DNA of 51,965 nucleotides from an uncultured Zetaproteobacteria bacterium (GCA_964407235.1 CAYOUW010000003.1:1-51965); one strand, 5' to 3'. Positions 16,557-27,780 are shown, numbered from the stretch's first letter. Numbers and translations are program-made. The notes: generated by a model not told the origin, from the letters alone.

Positions 16557-17162
16557 ATGGATCGCCGTGATTTTTTCAGGCGCGGGGCGGTTTCGCTGAA
16601 GAATGCCGTCGTAGAGGGGATCAAGCCCGGCATTAACGCACAAGCGGGGCATTGGATTCGCCCGCCTTACGCCCTGGATGAGCTGGACTTTTTACTAACT
16701 TGCAGCCGTTGCAACGCCTGCATCGAGGCCTGTCCTCACGATGTTATCTTTGCCCTGCCACTCAGAAGCGGTATCAAGGCGGCCGGAACCCCGGCGCTGG
16801 ATCTTCTGCACAAAGGTTGCCATTTATGTACGGATTGGCCCTGTGTCACGGCATGCGAACCCGCCGCGCTGCAACGGCCCTCTCCCGGCAAGGATGAGGA
16901 GGACATTGCCTTGCCGACTATCGCTACGGCCCAAATCGAGACTGGCCAATGTTTGCCGTACAAGGGGCCGGAATGCGGCGCTTGTCAGCATTCCTGTCCG
17001 ATACCTGAAGCCATGGTATGGAAGCTGGGGAAACCCTTGATTGATCCCGAGCATTGCACAGGCTGCGGACTGTGCCGTGAAGCATGTATTCTGGAAGTCA
17101 AGGCCATCAGTATCCATTCAAAATATCAACAGGGTGATGAGAAACATTCTGCGGTGGGGTAA
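16557..17162 (+). CDS. NapF-like ferredoxin (multi-[4Fe-4S])
   Basis: True start ATG 16557 (MDRRDFFRRG, the pseudo-Tat motif typical of NapF). Cysteine motifs: CSRCNACIEACP, CHLCTDWPCVTACEP, CLPYKGPECGACQHSCP, CTGCGLCREACI. The 5' extension of ORF 16059..17162 overlaps the previous gene and is spurious. Confidence 0.75.
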   Translation: MDRRDFFRRGAVSLKNAVVEGIKPGINAQAGHWIRPPYALDELDFLLTCSRCNACIEACPHDVIFALPLRSGIKAAGTPALDLLHKGCHLCTDWPCVTACEPAALQRPSPGKDEEDIALPTIATAQIETGQCLPYKGPECGACQHSCPIPEAMVWKLGKPLIDPEHCTGCGLCREACILEVKAISIHSKYQQGDEKHSAVG

Positions 17163-17274
17163 CGACCCCGCATTATTCATGAATGCCGCCGCGCCCTTGC
17201 TTGTTCCTTTGTTTGCACCGCATTTTATCAGCCTTTGCGTATCGCATATGCATTAACGTAGGATCTGGCTTCAC

Positions 17275-19140
17275 ATGCCTGCAACAATGACTTTTCCCAA
17301 GCAAATTATACATGACTTCCAGCCGGATGCGCGGCTGGCAAAAGCTCTGCCGAACTATGCGTACCGCGAAGAGCAGGTGAAACTCGCCGGGGAAATCGCT
17401 GAATGCATGGAAGCTGGCGGCCAGTTGCTGGCGGAAGCCGAAACAGGAATCGGGAAAACGCTGGCGTATCTGGCGCCTGCGCTGCGCAGTGACTTGAAGG
17501 TCTTGATCTCCACGCATACCAAAGCCTTGCAGGATCAGTTGATGTTCCGCGATATTCCGGCGGTACAGGAAGCACTGGGTGTTAAAAGGAACCTTGCCCT
17601 GCTCAAAGGGCGAAGTAATTATCTTTGTCCACACAGGCTGGAAAAGAAGCTGACCGATGCAACACTGGAGAGATGGGCCAGGAAACCGTTGCTTAAAGTG
17701 TTGGAGTGGGGCGAAACAAGCCGTGACGGTGATTTATCCAGCCTTCCGTTCAACCCCTTTGCCAAAGGCATTGGCGGTATGGTGACAGCTACGGCGGAGC
17801 AATGCCCGGGTGGTCAATGCCCGGCCTTTTCGCAATGCCCGTTATTCAAGGCGAGGCAGGCTGCTCAGAATGCGGAAATTGTGGTCAGCAATCACAGCCT
17901 GTTGCTGGCCGACGCCGAATTAAAATCGGGAGACTTTGGTGAAGTGCTTCCGGATTTTGACTGTACGATTGTGGATGAGGCGCACAGTATTCCCGATCTG
18001 GCATGCCATCATTTTGGGCGTCAGATTGGGCTGAACCGGTTGACCGGATGGATCAATGATACGCAGGCTTTATTGTCTGAATTTGGCGATGAAACAGCCC
18101 TGAAACGGGAGATTGACCAATGTTTTCTGGAGGTGCTTCAGGCCTATGCGGATAATGACCTGGGTGGGGCGCTAAACGGGTGGCAGCCGCTGATTCGCCG
18201 GATGGAAAGCCGTGGGCAGCGCAGTGAGGCCGCCGAAAAAATAACGGATCGTGCACTGGAAATCGCGGCGGACATGCAAGCCATGCTTGATCCCTCCGAG
18301 GGATTTGTCGCCTGGCGCGAGGGTTCGGGTAAACATGCACGGCATCTACTGGCGCCGGTGGAGACCGGCCCTGTTCTGGCCGAAAAATTATGGTCCCGTC
18401 CCTCCGGTTTCATCCTTTCGTCCGCCACCCTGCGTATCTCGGGAAATTTCACCTACATGCAGGAACGCCTGGGGCTGAAAGGTGTCCAGGCAGTCTTTCA
18501 CCCGTCTCCCTTTGATTATTCTTCTCAGGCTATGATTTATGTCCCACGTCATCTCCCCGTGCCAAACGATCCGAATTACGAAGAAATGCTGTTCGAGGAA
18601 ATGGAGGCGTTGATTCGTGCTTCGTCGGGCCGGGCTTTTGTACTATTTACATCGCACCGGATGTTGCGGCGTATTGCACCCCGTTTGGCAGGTAGTCTGC
18701 CGTGGCCGGTTCTGCGACAGGACGAGAGTGGAAACAGAGATTCTATTCTTCAGCAATTCCGGGAAGATACGCACTCTGTCTTATGTGGAACACGAAGTTT
18801 CTGGGAAGGGGTGGATGTCCCGGGCGAGGCGTTGTCCCTGGTCATTATTGACAAAATTCCGTTTGCACCCCCGGATGACCGTCTGCTGGAAGCGCGGCGT
18901 AAACGTTGTGAGGAAAAGGGCGGCAACGGATTCTTTGATATCCAGTTGCCCGAGGCGATTTCCGTGCTGCGGCAGGGTGCGGGCCGATTGATTCGCAGTC
19001 AGGATGATCGTGGCGTGATTGCGATTCTGGATTCGCGTTTGTATCGTAAATCCTATGGCCGGATTGTGGCTAAAAACCTTCCTCCCGCACCGAAAACGGA
19101 AGAAATGTCCGATATACGGCGGTTCTTTGCGATGGTATGA
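17275..19140 (+). CDS. DinG/YoaA-family ATP-dependent DNA helicase (Fe-S, XPD-like)
   Basis: Walker A AETGIGKTLAYL; DEAH box IVDEAHSI. Fe-S cysteines (YLCPHR, CPGGQCPAFSQCP). C-terminal helicase motifs (FWEGVDVPG, QGAGRLIRS). Confidence 0.85.
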   Translation: MPATMTFPKQIIHDFQPDARLAKALPNYAYREEQVKLAGEIAECMEAGGQLLAEAETGIGKTLAYLAPALRSDLKVLISTHTKALQDQLMFRDIPAVQEALGVKRNLALLKGRSNYLCPHRLEKKLTDATLERWARKPLLKVLEWGETSRDGDLSSLPFNPFAKGIGGMVTATAEQCPGGQCPAFSQCPLFKARQAAQNAEIVVSNHSLLLADAELKSGDFGEVLPDFDCTIVDEAHSIPDLACHHFGRQIGLNRLTGWINDTQALLSEFGDETALKREIDQCFLEVLQAYADNDLGGALNGWQPLIRRMESRGQRSEAAEKITDRALEIAADMQAMLDPSEGFVAWREGSGKHARHLLAPVETGPVLAEKLWSRPSGFILSSATLRISGNFTYMQERLGLKGVQAVFHPSPFDYSSQAMIYVPRHLPVPNDPNYEEMLFEEMEALIRASSGRAFVLFTSHRMLRRIAPRLAGSLPWPVLRQDESGNRDSILQQFREDTHSVLCGTRSFWEGVDVPGEALSLVIIDKIPFAPPDDRLLEARRKRCEEKGGNGFFDIQLPEAISVLRQGAGRLIRSQDDRGVIAILDSRLYRKSYGRIVAKNLPPAPKTEEMSDIRRFFAMV

Positions 19141-19256
19141 AAATTCTCCTGGTTCCGGACTTGTTCAAAGGATCTCTGAGTGTACGTAGAGCATGGTTGT
19201 TCAGACATCGCCGGACCCTGTGCCTGTGGGACAGACGATGGCGCATACAAACAGGT

Positions 19257-20888
19257 TTATTGGTGAGGGCGGCATCCGGGTTGGCCTTCTCGAGGCTGGA
19301 CCGTTGATATGGATTGCTCACGGGTCTTGTGGAAAACGATATCCGGCCATTGCTCAATGGTATAATTCAGCTTCCATGTATTGGGCGCCAGGTAGGTGAG
19401 GCACCCGTCGGCATCCTCGGCCAGGCTGGCCTCAAATAGACGGTTGAATTCCGCCAGTTTCCGGGCGTCGTTACAGGTGATCCAGCGCGCCACCTGAAAG
19501 TCAGTGCCGACATAATCGGCATCCACCCCGTATTCGGCCTTTAAGCGCGCGACGGTGACATCAAATTGCAATACGCCGACAGCGCCCAGCAGATAGTCTC
19601 CGCTCAACAGTGTTTTGAAGACCTGGACTGCGCCTTCTTCGGATAATTGCACCAGCCCCTTGTGCAGTTGCTTGCGCTTCATGGGGTCGCGTAACCGCAC
19701 GCGGCGGAACATCTCCGGTGCAAAGTTGGGAATGCCGATAAACTTCAACGGCTCCCGGGTCGTCAGCGTGTCGCCAATTTTAATCGTTCCGTGATTATGG
19801 ATGCCGATAATGTCGCCGGGCCATGCTTCCTCAACATGGGTGCGATCCTGCGCCATGAAAATGGTGGCATTGGCAAGTTTCATGTCCTTGTTGATGCGGT
19901 GGTGGCGGACGATCATGCCTTTACTGAATTTACCTGAACAGATACGGAAGAATGCAATGCGGTCGCGGTGCGCCGGATCCATATTGGCCTGAATTTTGAA
20001 GGCGAAGGCTGAAAATTCTTTTTCTTCAGGGTCGACGATCCGTTCTTCCGTCTCACGCGGGCCGGGTGGCGGCGCGAGTTCCACAAAGGCGTCCAACAGC
20101 TCTTTAACGCCAAAATTATTGATAGCACTACCGAAAAAAACGGGGGTTTGTGATCCGTTCAGAAAGTGTTTCAGTTCAAACGGATTGGCCGCGCCTTCCA
20201 GAAGTTCAACCTCTCCGCGCAACGCATCGGCTTGTAACCCGAGCAAGTCATCCAGTGCCGTATCGTTCAAATTCGTAATATGGACCGTTTCAAAATCACG
20301 GGTTTCAGCGCCGGCACTGAACAGGTTCAATTCCTTTTTGTAAAGATTGTACACGCCTTTGAACGCCTTGCCCATCCCGATGGGCCACGACATGGGCGTG
20401 CATTCAATCTGTAGTTTAGCTTCGATCTCGCTCAAAATGTCCAGCGGTTCCAGACCTTCGCGATCCAGTTTGTTGATGAAGGTCACGATGGGTGTGTTGC
20501 GCATGCGGCAGACTTCCATCAGTTTCTCCGTTTGCGGTTCCACGCCTTTACCTGAATCAATGACCATCATGGCCGAATCAACGGCGGTGAGGACACGATA
20601 GGTGTCTTCGGAGAAGTCCTGATGGCCGGGCGTGTCGAGCAGATTAATGTCGAAATTACGATAATTGAACTTCATCACTGAAGATGCAACGGAAATGCCG
20701 CGTTCCTGTTCGATTTTCATCCAGTCGGAGGTGGCGTGGCGGGTGGCTTTGCGCGCCTTGACGGCTCCCGCCATCTGAATGGCGCCACCGAACATCAACA
20801 GTTTTTCCGTCAACGTTGTTTTACCGGCATCGGGATGGGATATAATACCGAAGGTGCGCCGCTTCTCGATTTCAGATTTCAGACTCAT
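19257..20888 (-). CDS. prfC: Peptide chain release factor 3
   Basis: [67 protein letters not shown]. Start chosen at the Met giving ~543 aa; the upstream extension to 21086 is non-homologous. Confidence 0.9.
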   Translation of the reverse strand: MSLKSEIEKRRTFGIISHPDAGKTTLTEKLLMFGGAIQMAGAVKARKATRHATSDWMKIEQERGISVASSVMKFNYRNFDINLLDTPGHQDFSEDTYRVLTAVDSAMMVIDSGKGVEPQTEKLMEVCRMRNTPIVTFINKLDREGLEPLDILSEIEAKLQIECTPMSWPIGMGKAFKGVYNLYKKELNLFSAGAETRDFETVHITNLNDTALDDLLGLQADALRGEVELLEGAANPFELKHFLNGSQTPVFFGSAINNFGVKELLDAFVELAPPPGPRETEERIVDPEEKEFSAFAFKIQANMDPAHRDRIAFFRICSGKFSKGMIVRHHRINKDMKLANATIFMAQDRTHVEEAWPGDIIGIHNHGTIKIGDTLTTREPLKFIGIPNFAPEMFRRVRLRDPMKRKQLHKGLVQLSEEGAVQVFKTLLSGDYLLGAVGVLQFDVTVARLKAEYGVDADYVGTDFQVARWITCNDARKLAEFNRLFEASLAEDADGCLTYLAPNTWKLNYTIEQWPDIVFHKTREQSISTVQPREGQPGCRPHQ

Positions 20889-21065
20889 GCATGCCTCGCT
20901 GCCAGCCCGCATGACAAATGATGCAGGTTTAAGGGGCGGCGCAGTGTATCGAAACCCGGTTAGCTTGTCCTGTTCCCTTATCCGGTCGAAGGCCGTTTGA
21001 AATCCAGGGGAGCCAATTGCAAAACCCATGAACGGCGATCCATGAACCGGGGATGAATAGCATGC

Positions 21066-21093
21066 TTGCAACGAACAGGCGCTCACGTATTAT
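21066..21093 (+). promoter_or_regulatory. Candidate sigma70 promoter for tRNA-Lys/tRNA-Leu
   Basis: TTGCAA-16 nt-TATTAT; the -10 element ends 12 nt before the mature tRNA-Lys 5' end. Confidence 0.4.
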
Positions 21094-21105
21094 GCCGCCT
21101 GTTTC

Positions 21106-21181
21106 GGGTCGTTAGCTCAGCTGGCAGAGCAGCGGACTCTTAATCCGCGGGTCGACGGTTCGATCCCGTCACGACCCACCA
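21106..21181 (+). tRNA. tRNA-Lys (anticodon CTT)
   Basis: GGGTCGTTAGCTCAGCTGGCAGAGCAGCGGACTCTTAATCCGCGGGTCGACGGTTCGATCCCGTCACGACCCACCA. Cloverleaf readable; anticodon loop CT-CTT-AA; encoded CCA. Confidence 0.9.
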
Positions 21182-21186
21182 TTTCA

Positions 21187-21218
21187 GGGAGTGAGGCCAA
21201 TGCCTTGCTCCCTTTTTT
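21187..21218 (+). terminator. Rho-independent terminator after tRNA-Lys
   Basis: GGGAG-tg-AGGC caat GCCT-tg-CTCCC followed by TTTTTT. Confidence 0.6.
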
Positions 21219-21281
21219 CATCGTAATCTGGCGATGACAAGGTTGACTGCGTCCGCTACGTTTCACGGTCATCCGCCATGA

Positions 21282-21367
21282 CGCGAGGGTGGCGAAACTG
21301 GTAGACGCGCAGGATTTAGGTTCCTGTACCTCACGGTGTGGGGGTTCGACTCCCCCCTCTCGCACCA
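21282..21367 (+). tRNA. tRNA-Leu (anticodon TAG), long variable arm
   Basis: GCGAGGGTGGCGAAACTGGTAGACGCGCAGGATTTAGGTTCCTG...GGGGGTTCGACTCCCCCCTCTCGCACCA. Anticodon loop TT-TAG-GT; encoded CCA. Confidence 0.9.
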
Positions 21368-21428
21368 TGTTTGAAGGTGTTGGCGGATGACTTGCTTGAT
21401 AGATGTGAATGATTTACGGAGGATTGAA

Positions 21429-22790
21429 ATGATTCAGACGGAAATAAAAAAACTTGGATCGGGTGAACATGCGGTGAATGTGCAGGTGCCGCAGGCGGAA
21501 TATGATCGGATCTATGCCAACCATGTCGGTCAACTACAGGTCAACGTCAAAATGCCGGGTTTCCGACCCGGTCGAACACCGAAAGGCATGGTGGAAAAGA
21601 AATTTGGTGTCAAGGCGCATGAAGATACGGTTTCCGAACTGGTGCGGAATTATTATGCCGAGGCGATTGAAAAGAGCGGGCTCACGCCCGCCATTCAGCC
21701 CGAACTGGAGTTGCCCGCGATGCAACCGGCCACGGGTTTTCAGTTTACGATCAAGGTGGTGACATGGCCTGAGGTGGAACTGAATAAGTTATCCGAATTG
21801 TCCGTGACTGAAACCAGGGTGGAAGTTACGGATGCCGATATTCAGTCCGTGGTGGACCGCTTGATGGTAAATCAGGTGCGTTTTGAAGTCGGGAACGACC
21901 GTAAGGCGGAAACAGGCGATGAACTAACGATCTGTTTTACCGGGTTGATAGCCGGCAAAACATTCGAAGGCGGCCGTGGCGAAGATGTAAAGCTGGTGCT
22001 GGGAGACGGGACGTTTATTTCAGATTTTGAAACGCAACTTGAGGGTGCAAAAGCGGGTGAGGAGCGTTCGCTGGATATCACCTTCCCGGCTGACTATCAA
22101 CATCAACCTCTGGCGGGCAAGGCGGCAAGCTTTAAAGTTTCCGTCAAGTCCGTGAGGATGGCCGTGAAAGCATCCGATGAAGAGGAACTGGCCGGTATGC
22201 TGAATTTTAGTAATCTCGAAGATTTGCGTAAAGATGTGCGCTTCCGTCTGACATCGGAAGCTGAACAGGCGCAATTTGAATCAAATCGTGAATCGGTCAT
22301 TCATTCACTTCTGGCGGCTAATGATGTCGATGTGCCAGAGGCGATGATCAGGCAGGATATGCGGCAGGCGCGTGATCACGTACTTAAATCCATGCGTGAA
22401 CAGGGGATAGAGACAAGCCCGGACACCTTTGACGCACTGGAGCATCGGGAGGAGTTTTACAAACAGTCCCAACGGTCGCTGGCGGCTTCACTGTTGCTCA
22501 ATGCCGTGCGCGAAGCCCATGAAATCGTTGTGAGCGACGAGGAGATAGAGGCTGATCTTGATCAGCAGGCGAAGCAATATTCCGATGATCAACAGGATGC
22601 GTTTAAAAAATGGATGCATGGCAAGAAGGAAAAGATGGCAGGGTTGAACGATAAGTTGCTTGAGAAAAAATGCGTAGCATGCATTATGGAGCAGGCCAAA
22701 GTCGAACAGGTTTGCATGAGTCTGAAAGAATGGCAGAAAAAGCGGGATGCTGCCCGTGACGGAACCGATGATGCCAGGGAGGCTGCATGA
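21429..22790 (+). CDS. tig: Trigger factor
   Basis: [25 protein letters not shown]...[16 protein letters not shown] ribosome-binding signature (GFRxGxxP), plus the conserved tig-clpP-clpX-lon synteny. SD GGAGGA before ATG 21429. Confidence 0.9.
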   Translation: MIQTEIKKLGSGEHAVNVQVPQAEYDRIYANHVGQLQVNVKMPGFRPGRTPKGMVEKKFGVKAHEDTVSELVRNYYAEAIEKSGLTPAIQPELELPAMQPATGFQFTIKVVTWPEVELNKLSELSVTETRVEVTDADIQSVVDRLMVNQVRFEVGNDRKAETGDELTICFTGLIAGKTFEGGRGEDVKLVLGDGTFISDFETQLEGAKAGEERSLDITFPADYQHQPLAGKAASFKVSVKSVRMAVKASDEEELAGMLNFSNLEDLRKDVRFRLTSEAEQAQFESNRESVIHSLLAANDVDVPEAMIRQDMRQARDHVLKSMREQGIETSPDTFDALEHREEFYKQSQRSLAASLLLNAVREAHEIVVSDEEIEADLDQQAKQYSDDQQDAFKKWMHGKKEKMAGLNDKLLEKKCVACIMEQAKVEQVCMSLKEWQKKRDAARDGTDDAREAA

Positions 22791-23425
22791 ATCTTGTGCC
22801 TGTTGTTGTCGAGCAGACCCCGAGGGGGGAACGCTCCTACGATATTTATTCGCGTCTTCTCAAGGAGCGGATCATCTTTCTGGCCGGACCGATTGAGGAT
22901 CATACGGCGGACTTAATCACGGCGCAGTTGCTGTTTCTTGAATCCGAGGCGGCGGACAAGGATATCTTTCTTTATATCAACTCCCCCGGCGGATTGGTGA
23001 CGGCAGGTCTCGCCATCTATGACAGCATGCAGTATATTCGTTGCGATGTTTCCACATTGTGTATGGGGCAGGCAGCCAGCATGGGAGCGCATCTGCTGGC
23101 GTCGGGCGCCCCCGGCAAGCGGTTCTCGCTGCCCAATGCACGCATCATGATTCACCAGCCACTGGGTGGTTTTCAGGGGCAGGCAACGGATATCGAGATT
23201 CATGCGCGTGAAATTATCAAACTCAAGGATCGACTCAACGGGATGCTGGCGGCGCATACGGGTCAGCCCGTCGAGAAAGTTGCGGAGGATGTGGAACGCG
23301 ATTTCTTCTTGACCGCCGAGGATGCATGCGATTACGGTTTGATTGACAAGGTTCTGACCCATCGTCCGGATACGGAGGACGCCAGGACGAGCAGTCATAC
23401 CGGAGGTAAGGATGACGAAGAGTAA
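22787..23425 (+). CDS. clpP: ATP-dependent Clp protease proteolytic subunit
   Basis: [26 protein letters not shown]...GQAASMGA (catalytic Ser)...IMIHQPLGG (His). Confidence 0.95.
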   Translation: MNLVPVVVEQTPRGERSYDIYSRLLKERIIFLAGPIEDHTADLITAQLLFLESEAADKDIFLYINSPGGLVTAGLAIYDSMQYIRCDVSTLCMGQAASMGAHLLASGAPGKRFSLPNARIMIHQPLGGFQGQATDIEIHAREIIKLKDRLNGMLAAHTGQPVEKVAEDVERDFFLTAEDACDYGLIDKVLTHRPDTEDARTSSHTGGKDDEE

Positions 23426-24671
23426 AGGCGGCGATTCCACCCTGTATTGCTCATTTTGTGGCAAAAGTCAGCATGATGTTAAAAAACTGATTGCCGGCCC
23501 GACCGTCTTTATCTGTGACGAATGCATTGAGTTGTGCAATGAAATCATTCAGGAAGAAATTTCCGACGATACGGAAACCGGCAAGGAGAAGGATGGCATT
23601 CCACGTCCTGCCGACATCAAGGGTTTTCTTGATGATTATGTTATTGGACAGGAAAAGCCCAAACGCATGCTTTCCGTGGCCGTGTACAACCATTACAAGC
23701 GCATTGAACACAACAAAAAATCGGATATCGAAATTGCCAAGAGCAATGTATTGCTCCTGGGGCCGACCGGTTGTGGCAAGACCTTGCTGGCGCAAACAAT
23801 GGCGCGTCTGTTTGACGTGCCATTCACCATGGCGGATGCCACAACGCTGACGGAAGCAGGTTATGTCGGTGAAGATGTGGAAAATATCATCCTCAAACTC
23901 TTGCAGGCCGCCGATTATGATGCCGAGAAGGCGCAACGCGGCATTGTTTATATTGATGAGGTAGACAAGCTTTCGCGCAAATCGGATTCGCCTTCCATCA
24001 CCCGCGACGTGTCCGGCGAAGGCGTGCAGCAGGCGCTGCTCAAGTTGATCGAGGGCACGGTTGCAGCCGTGCCACCACAGGGTGGCCGGAAACATCCCCA
24101 ACAGGAGTTCCTGCAAGTAGATACCACGAATATTCTGTTCGTTTTGGGCGGCGCTTTTTCCGGTCTGGAAAAGCTTATTGAGGCACGCAGTGAAAAACGC
24201 TCCATTGGTTTCGGGGCCAGGGTGACGGCGGATGCCGAGAAGGATATCGGCGTGGTGCTTAGTAAAGTCGAGCCGGAAGACCTGATCCAGTATGGCTTAA
24301 TCCCCGAGCTGGTGGGCCGCTTGCCGGTCGTGGCGACATTGCACCAGTTGGATAAGGATGCCTTGCTGAAAATCCTGACCACGCCTAAGAATGCGTTGGT
24401 CAAGCAATACAAAGCTCTGCTGGAATATGACGGGGTGGAATTAAGTTTCACGGATGATGCGCTGGAAGCGATTGCGGACAAGGCCATTGCACGCAAGACG
24501 GGCGCACGCGGCCTGCGGGCCATCATGGAGTCAGTCATGCTTGATGTGATGTACGACATTCCGTCCCGGGGCGACGTGAAGCAATGTGTCATTAATGCCG
24601 AGGTCGTGGAAGGTCGCACCAAGCCATTACTGGTGCTTGAAAATAATGAAGCCTTGGCCGAGACTGCTTAA
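23412..24671 (+). CDS. clpX: ATP-dependent Clp protease ATP-binding subunit ClpX
   Basis: Zinc finger [28 protein letters not shown]; Walker [17 protein letters not shown]; IYIDEVDK. Confidence 0.95.
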   Translation: MTKSKGGDSTLYCSFCGKSQHDVKKLIAGPTVFICDECIELCNEIIQEEISDDTETGKEKDGIPRPADIKGFLDDYVIGQEKPKRMLSVAVYNHYKRIEHNKKSDIEIAKSNVLLLGPTGCGKTLLAQTMARLFDVPFTMADATTLTEAGYVGEDVENIILKLLQAADYDAEKAQRGIVYIDEVDKLSRKSDSPSITRDVSGEGVQQALLKLIEGTVAAVPPQGGRKHPQQEFLQVDTTNILFVLGGAFSGLEKLIEARSEKRSIGFGARVTADAEKDIGVVLSKVEPEDLIQYGLIPELVGRLPVVATLHQLDKDALLKILTTPKNALVKQYKALLEYDGVELSFTDDALEAIADKAIARKTGARGLRAIMESVMLDVMYDIPSRGDVKQCVINAEVVEGRTKPLLVLENNEALAETA

Positions 24672-24676
24672 TAACT

Positions 24677-24836
24677 GAGCCTCTTGCAAAACCGTGAGCG
24701 GCGATCGGCTTCCCCACTTTGGCCCATTTCCGAGCTGGAATTTCACTCCATGGAACTACCATGCAGTTCATTCCATCCCGAAAATGGACTCGAAATGGGA
24801 TTGCCGCTCATCCACTCAGAGTTTTGCAAGAGGCTC
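24677..24836 (+). mobile_element. MITE-like element, family 1, copy B (160 bp)
   Basis: Same TIRs as 691..851 (GAGCCTCTTGCAAAAC...GTTTTGCAAGAGGCTC). Flanked by direct AACT (24673-24676 / 24837-24840). Inserted 5 nt after the clpX stop. Confidence 0.75.
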
Positions 24837-24981
24837 AACTGCCTCATATTTCTCTACCGCGTCTGTTGATCAAATAGATAAAGATACCTGGCGAGAGCCA
24901 ATGGGATCCATGATGATATTAAAATGAACTGACCTCATCCGCGGGTGAAAAGGGGGCGGGTAACAAAAGGAGATGCTGCTG

Positions 24982-27414
24982 ATGGCTGAATGGAATCAGG
25001 AAGGTGGAATGGAAACGGCGGGAGAGGGTTTTCTTCCTGTGCTTCCCCTGCGTGATATTGTGGTCTTTCCGCATATGATCGTACCTTTGTTTGTCGGGCG
25101 CGAGAAATCCGTCAATGCTCTGGAAGAGGTCATGCGTAGCGGTAAACAGATTCTTCTGCTGGCGCAAAAAAACGCCGCGGAAGATGAACCCGGCGAGGCC
25201 GAACTGTACCGCATCGGGGTGGTAGGCAATATCCTCCAGTTGCTCAAGCTGCCGGATGGCACCATCAAGGCCCTGGTTGAAGGCGGTCCGCGTGTGGAGA
25301 TCACCCGGCTGGATATCGATGAAGATTGTTTGCGCGCCACTTACCGCATCATTGAAGAGGCTGATGATGACGAACGCGAACAGGAAGCCGTGGTCAAGAG
25401 TCTTCTGCAACAGTTTGAAAATTATGTGAAACTGAACCGCAAGATGCCACCCGAGGTCATGATGTCGATTTCAGGGCTGGAGGATGCCGGCAAACTGGCC
25501 GATACCATTGCCGCGCATCTGAGTCTGAAGCTGGAAGACAAGCAGGCTCTGCTGGAAATGTCGGCCATCACGGCGAGGCTGGAGCGTCTGTATGCCTTTA
25601 TGGAAGATGAAATGGAAATGCTACAGGTGGAAAAGCGCATCCGTGGCCGGGTGAAACGGCAGATGGAGAAGTCGCAACGCGAGTATTATCTGACTGAACA
25701 GATGAAGGCGATCCAGAAAGAGCTTGGCGATGAGGATGAACAGACGGATATTGAAGCCTTGGAAAAGAAGATTCAATCGGTAGGGTTGAGCAAGGAGGCC
25801 GAGACCAAAGCCACGTCCGAGCTGAAGAAACTCAAGATGATGCCGCCGATGAGCGCCGAGTCGACCGTGGTACGGAATTACCTTGATTGGCTGGTTGACA
25901 TTCCGTGGGGAAAACGGACTCGCGTCCGCCGTGACCTGAATGCCGCTGAGCAAGTGCTGAATGAAGATCATTACGGTCTGGAGAAGGTCAAGGAGCGGAT
26001 TCTTGAACACCTCGCCGTTCTGCAACTGGTACGTAAAATGAAAGGTCCGATCCTGTGCTTTGTCGGACCGCCGGGGGTGGGCAAGACTTCACTTGGAAAA
26101 TCCATTGCCAGGGCTACACGCCGCAAGTTTGTTCGCATGAGCCTTGGGGGCGTGCGCGACGAGGCTGAAATTCGTGGCCATCGGCGTACCTATATCGGTT
26201 CACTCCCGGGGAAAATCATTCAGTCCATGAAACGGGCGGGAACGAAGAATCCGCTTATTTTGCTGGATGAGATTGATAAACTGGGCGCGGATTTCCGCGG
26301 CGATCCTTCATCGGCGCTGCTGGAGGTTCTGGATCCGGAGCAGAATCACACCTTCAATGATCACTATCTGGAACTGGATTATGATCTTTCCGAAGTGATG
26401 TTTATTACGACAGCGAACAGCCTGAATATTCCGTCGGCATTGCTGGATCGCATGGAGATTATCCGCATTCCCGGTTATACCGAGGATGAGAAGGTGCATA
26501 TTTCCGAGAGCTACCTGTTACCGAGAAAACTGGAAGAGCATGGGCTGAAAAAGGGTCAATTAACGCTGGATGAGGATGCGTTACATGACATTATCCGTTA
26601 TTACACACGCGAAGCCGGCGTGCGGAATATCGAGCGCATGCTGGCAAAGTTATGCCGCAAGGCTGCACGCGAACTGGTTCAACCGCGGAAAGACCCCGGC
26701 AGATGTGTCAATGTTGCGGCCAAAGATCTCGAATATTACCTTGGTGTACGGCAATACCGGTTCGGCATGGCTGAGGATGAAGATCAGATCGGTGTGGTGA
26801 CGGGGCTGGCGTGGACCGAGGTGGGCGGCGAGTTATTGCAGATTGAAACGGCATTGATGCCCGGTAAGGGAAAACTGACGGTTACCGGGCAGTTGGGAGA
26901 TGTCATGCAGGAATCTGTTCATGCGGCCTTGACCTATGTGCGTTCGCGCGCATTGCAACTGGGCCTGAAACCGGATTTCCATCAGAAGGTGGATATTCAT
27001 GTGCATGTGCCGGAGGGGGCTATTCCCAAGGACGGGCCTTCCGCGGGCCTGGCCATGGCAACTTCGCTGGTAAGTGCGCTGACCGGAATCCCGGTCAAAC
27101 GGAAGGTATGCATGACCGGTGAAATTACACTCAGAGGCAAGGCGTTGCCCATTGGCGGGCTTAAGGAAAAACTGCTGGCGGCGCATCGTGGCGGGTTAAC
27201 GGAAGTCATTATTCCGGAGGAGAATGAAAAGGATCTCCGGGAAATCCCCAAGAATGTTGTAAAGGGTCTCGATATCTGTACTGTTGAACATATGGATGAT
27301 GTGCTGGAGCATGCTCTGGTGCATTTGCCCGACGGGTTGCGTACGGCAGGGGGGTACGTTCCCCAGATTATCGAGGATATTTATATCGATAAGGGTGTAT
27401 CCAGGGCGCATTAG
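24982..27414 (+). CDS. lon: Lon protease (endopeptidase La)
   Basis: [23 protein letters not shown]; Walker [14 protein letters not shown]; catalytic [11 protein letters not shown] 24982 lies 9 nt after GGAG; ATG 24973 abuts the SD. Confidence 0.95.
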   Translation: MAEWNQEGGMETAGEGFLPVLPLRDIVVFPHMIVPLFVGREKSVNALEEVMRSGKQILLLAQKNAAEDEPGEAELYRIGVVGNILQLLKLPDGTIKALVEGGPRVEITRLDIDEDCLRATYRIIEEADDDEREQEAVVKSLLQQFENYVKLNRKMPPEVMMSISGLEDAGKLADTIAAHLSLKLEDKQALLEMSAITARLERLYAFMEDEMEMLQVEKRIRGRVKRQMEKSQREYYLTEQMKAIQKELGDEDEQTDIEALEKKIQSVGLSKEAETKATSELKKLKMMPPMSAESTVVRNYLDWLVDIPWGKRTRVRRDLNAAEQVLNEDHYGLEKVKERILEHLAVLQLVRKMKGPILCFVGPPGVGKTSLGKSIARATRRKFVRMSLGGVRDEAEIRGHRRTYIGSLPGKIIQSMKRAGTKNPLILLDEIDKLGADFRGDPSSALLEVLDPEQNHTFNDHYLELDYDLSEVMFITTANSLNIPSALLDRMEIIRIPGYTEDEKVHISESYLLPRKLEEHGLKKGQLTLDEDALHDIIRYYTREAGVRNIERMLAKLCRKAARELVQPRKDPGRCVNVAAKDLEYYLGVRQYRFGMAEDEDQIGVVTGLAWTEVGGELLQIETALMPGKGKLTVTGQLGDVMQESVHAALTYVRSRALQLGLKPDFHQKVDIHVHVPEGAIPKDGPSAGLAMATSLVSALTGIPVKRKVCMTGEITLRGKALPIGGLKEKLLAAHRGGLTEVIIPEENEKDLREIPKNVVKGLDICTVEHMDDVLEHALVHLPDGLRTAGGYVPQIIEDIYIDKGVSRAH

Positions 27415-27442
27415 CCTGCCTTGATGAGTAATGTTAAAAATA

Positions 27443-27473
27443 TATTGACAGGGTACGGGGTGGAGGCTTTATA
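27443..27473 (+). promoter_or_regulatory. Candidate hupB promoter
   Basis: Consensus -35 TTGACA (27443-27448) and TATAGT (27468-27473), but the spacer is 19 nt, which is long. Tentative. Confidence 0.3.
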
Positions 27474-27507
27474 GTTGCTGAACCCAAAAATTCTCCGGGA
27501 GGAAACA

Positions 27508-27780
27508 TTGAATAAAGCAGATTTGATAGGACATGTAGCGGATACGGCGGGATTGAGTAAGGCCTCAGCAGCGGATGCCGTGGAGGCTATGCTTGGTGGG
27601 GTTACCAATGCATTGAAGGGTGGCGATTTGGTAAGTTTGGTTGGTTTTGGAACTTTTTCCGTCGCAGATCGTGCAGCGCGTACGGCACGCAACCCGCGTA
27701 CCGGTGAGACAATCCATGTGGGACCTTCACGGGCGCCGAAGTTCAAAGCGGGCAAGGCCCTGAAGGACGCTGTCAAGTAG
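27508..27780 (+). CDS. hupB: DNA-binding protein HU (beta-like)
   Basis: (L/M)NKADLIGHVADTAGLSKASAADAVEAMLGGVTNALKGGDLVSLVGFGTFSVADRAARTARNPRTGETI. TTG start at 27508, 7 nt after GGGAGGA, gives the canonical 90 aa. Confidence 0.9.
   Translation: MNKADLIGHVADTAGLSKASAADAVEAMLGGVTNALKGGDLVSLVGFGTFSVADRAARTARNPRTGETIHVGPSRAPKFKAGKALKDAVK

Noticed and set aside
17170-17190. Palindrome ATTCATGAAT upstream of the dinG-family gene as a possible LexA/SOS box.
   Set aside because: It does not match the CTGT-N8-ACAG type consensus of beta- and gammaproteobacterial LexA boxes. It is only 10 bp, a size common by chance.
24677-24981. Sigma-32 heat-shock promoter for lon inside or after MITE copy B (CTTGCAAA ... 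CCCCACTT).
   Set aside because: The two hexamer-like elements are 21 nt apart, whereas 13-15 nt is expected. No better CTTGAAA/CCCCAT pair is present between the MITE and the lon start.
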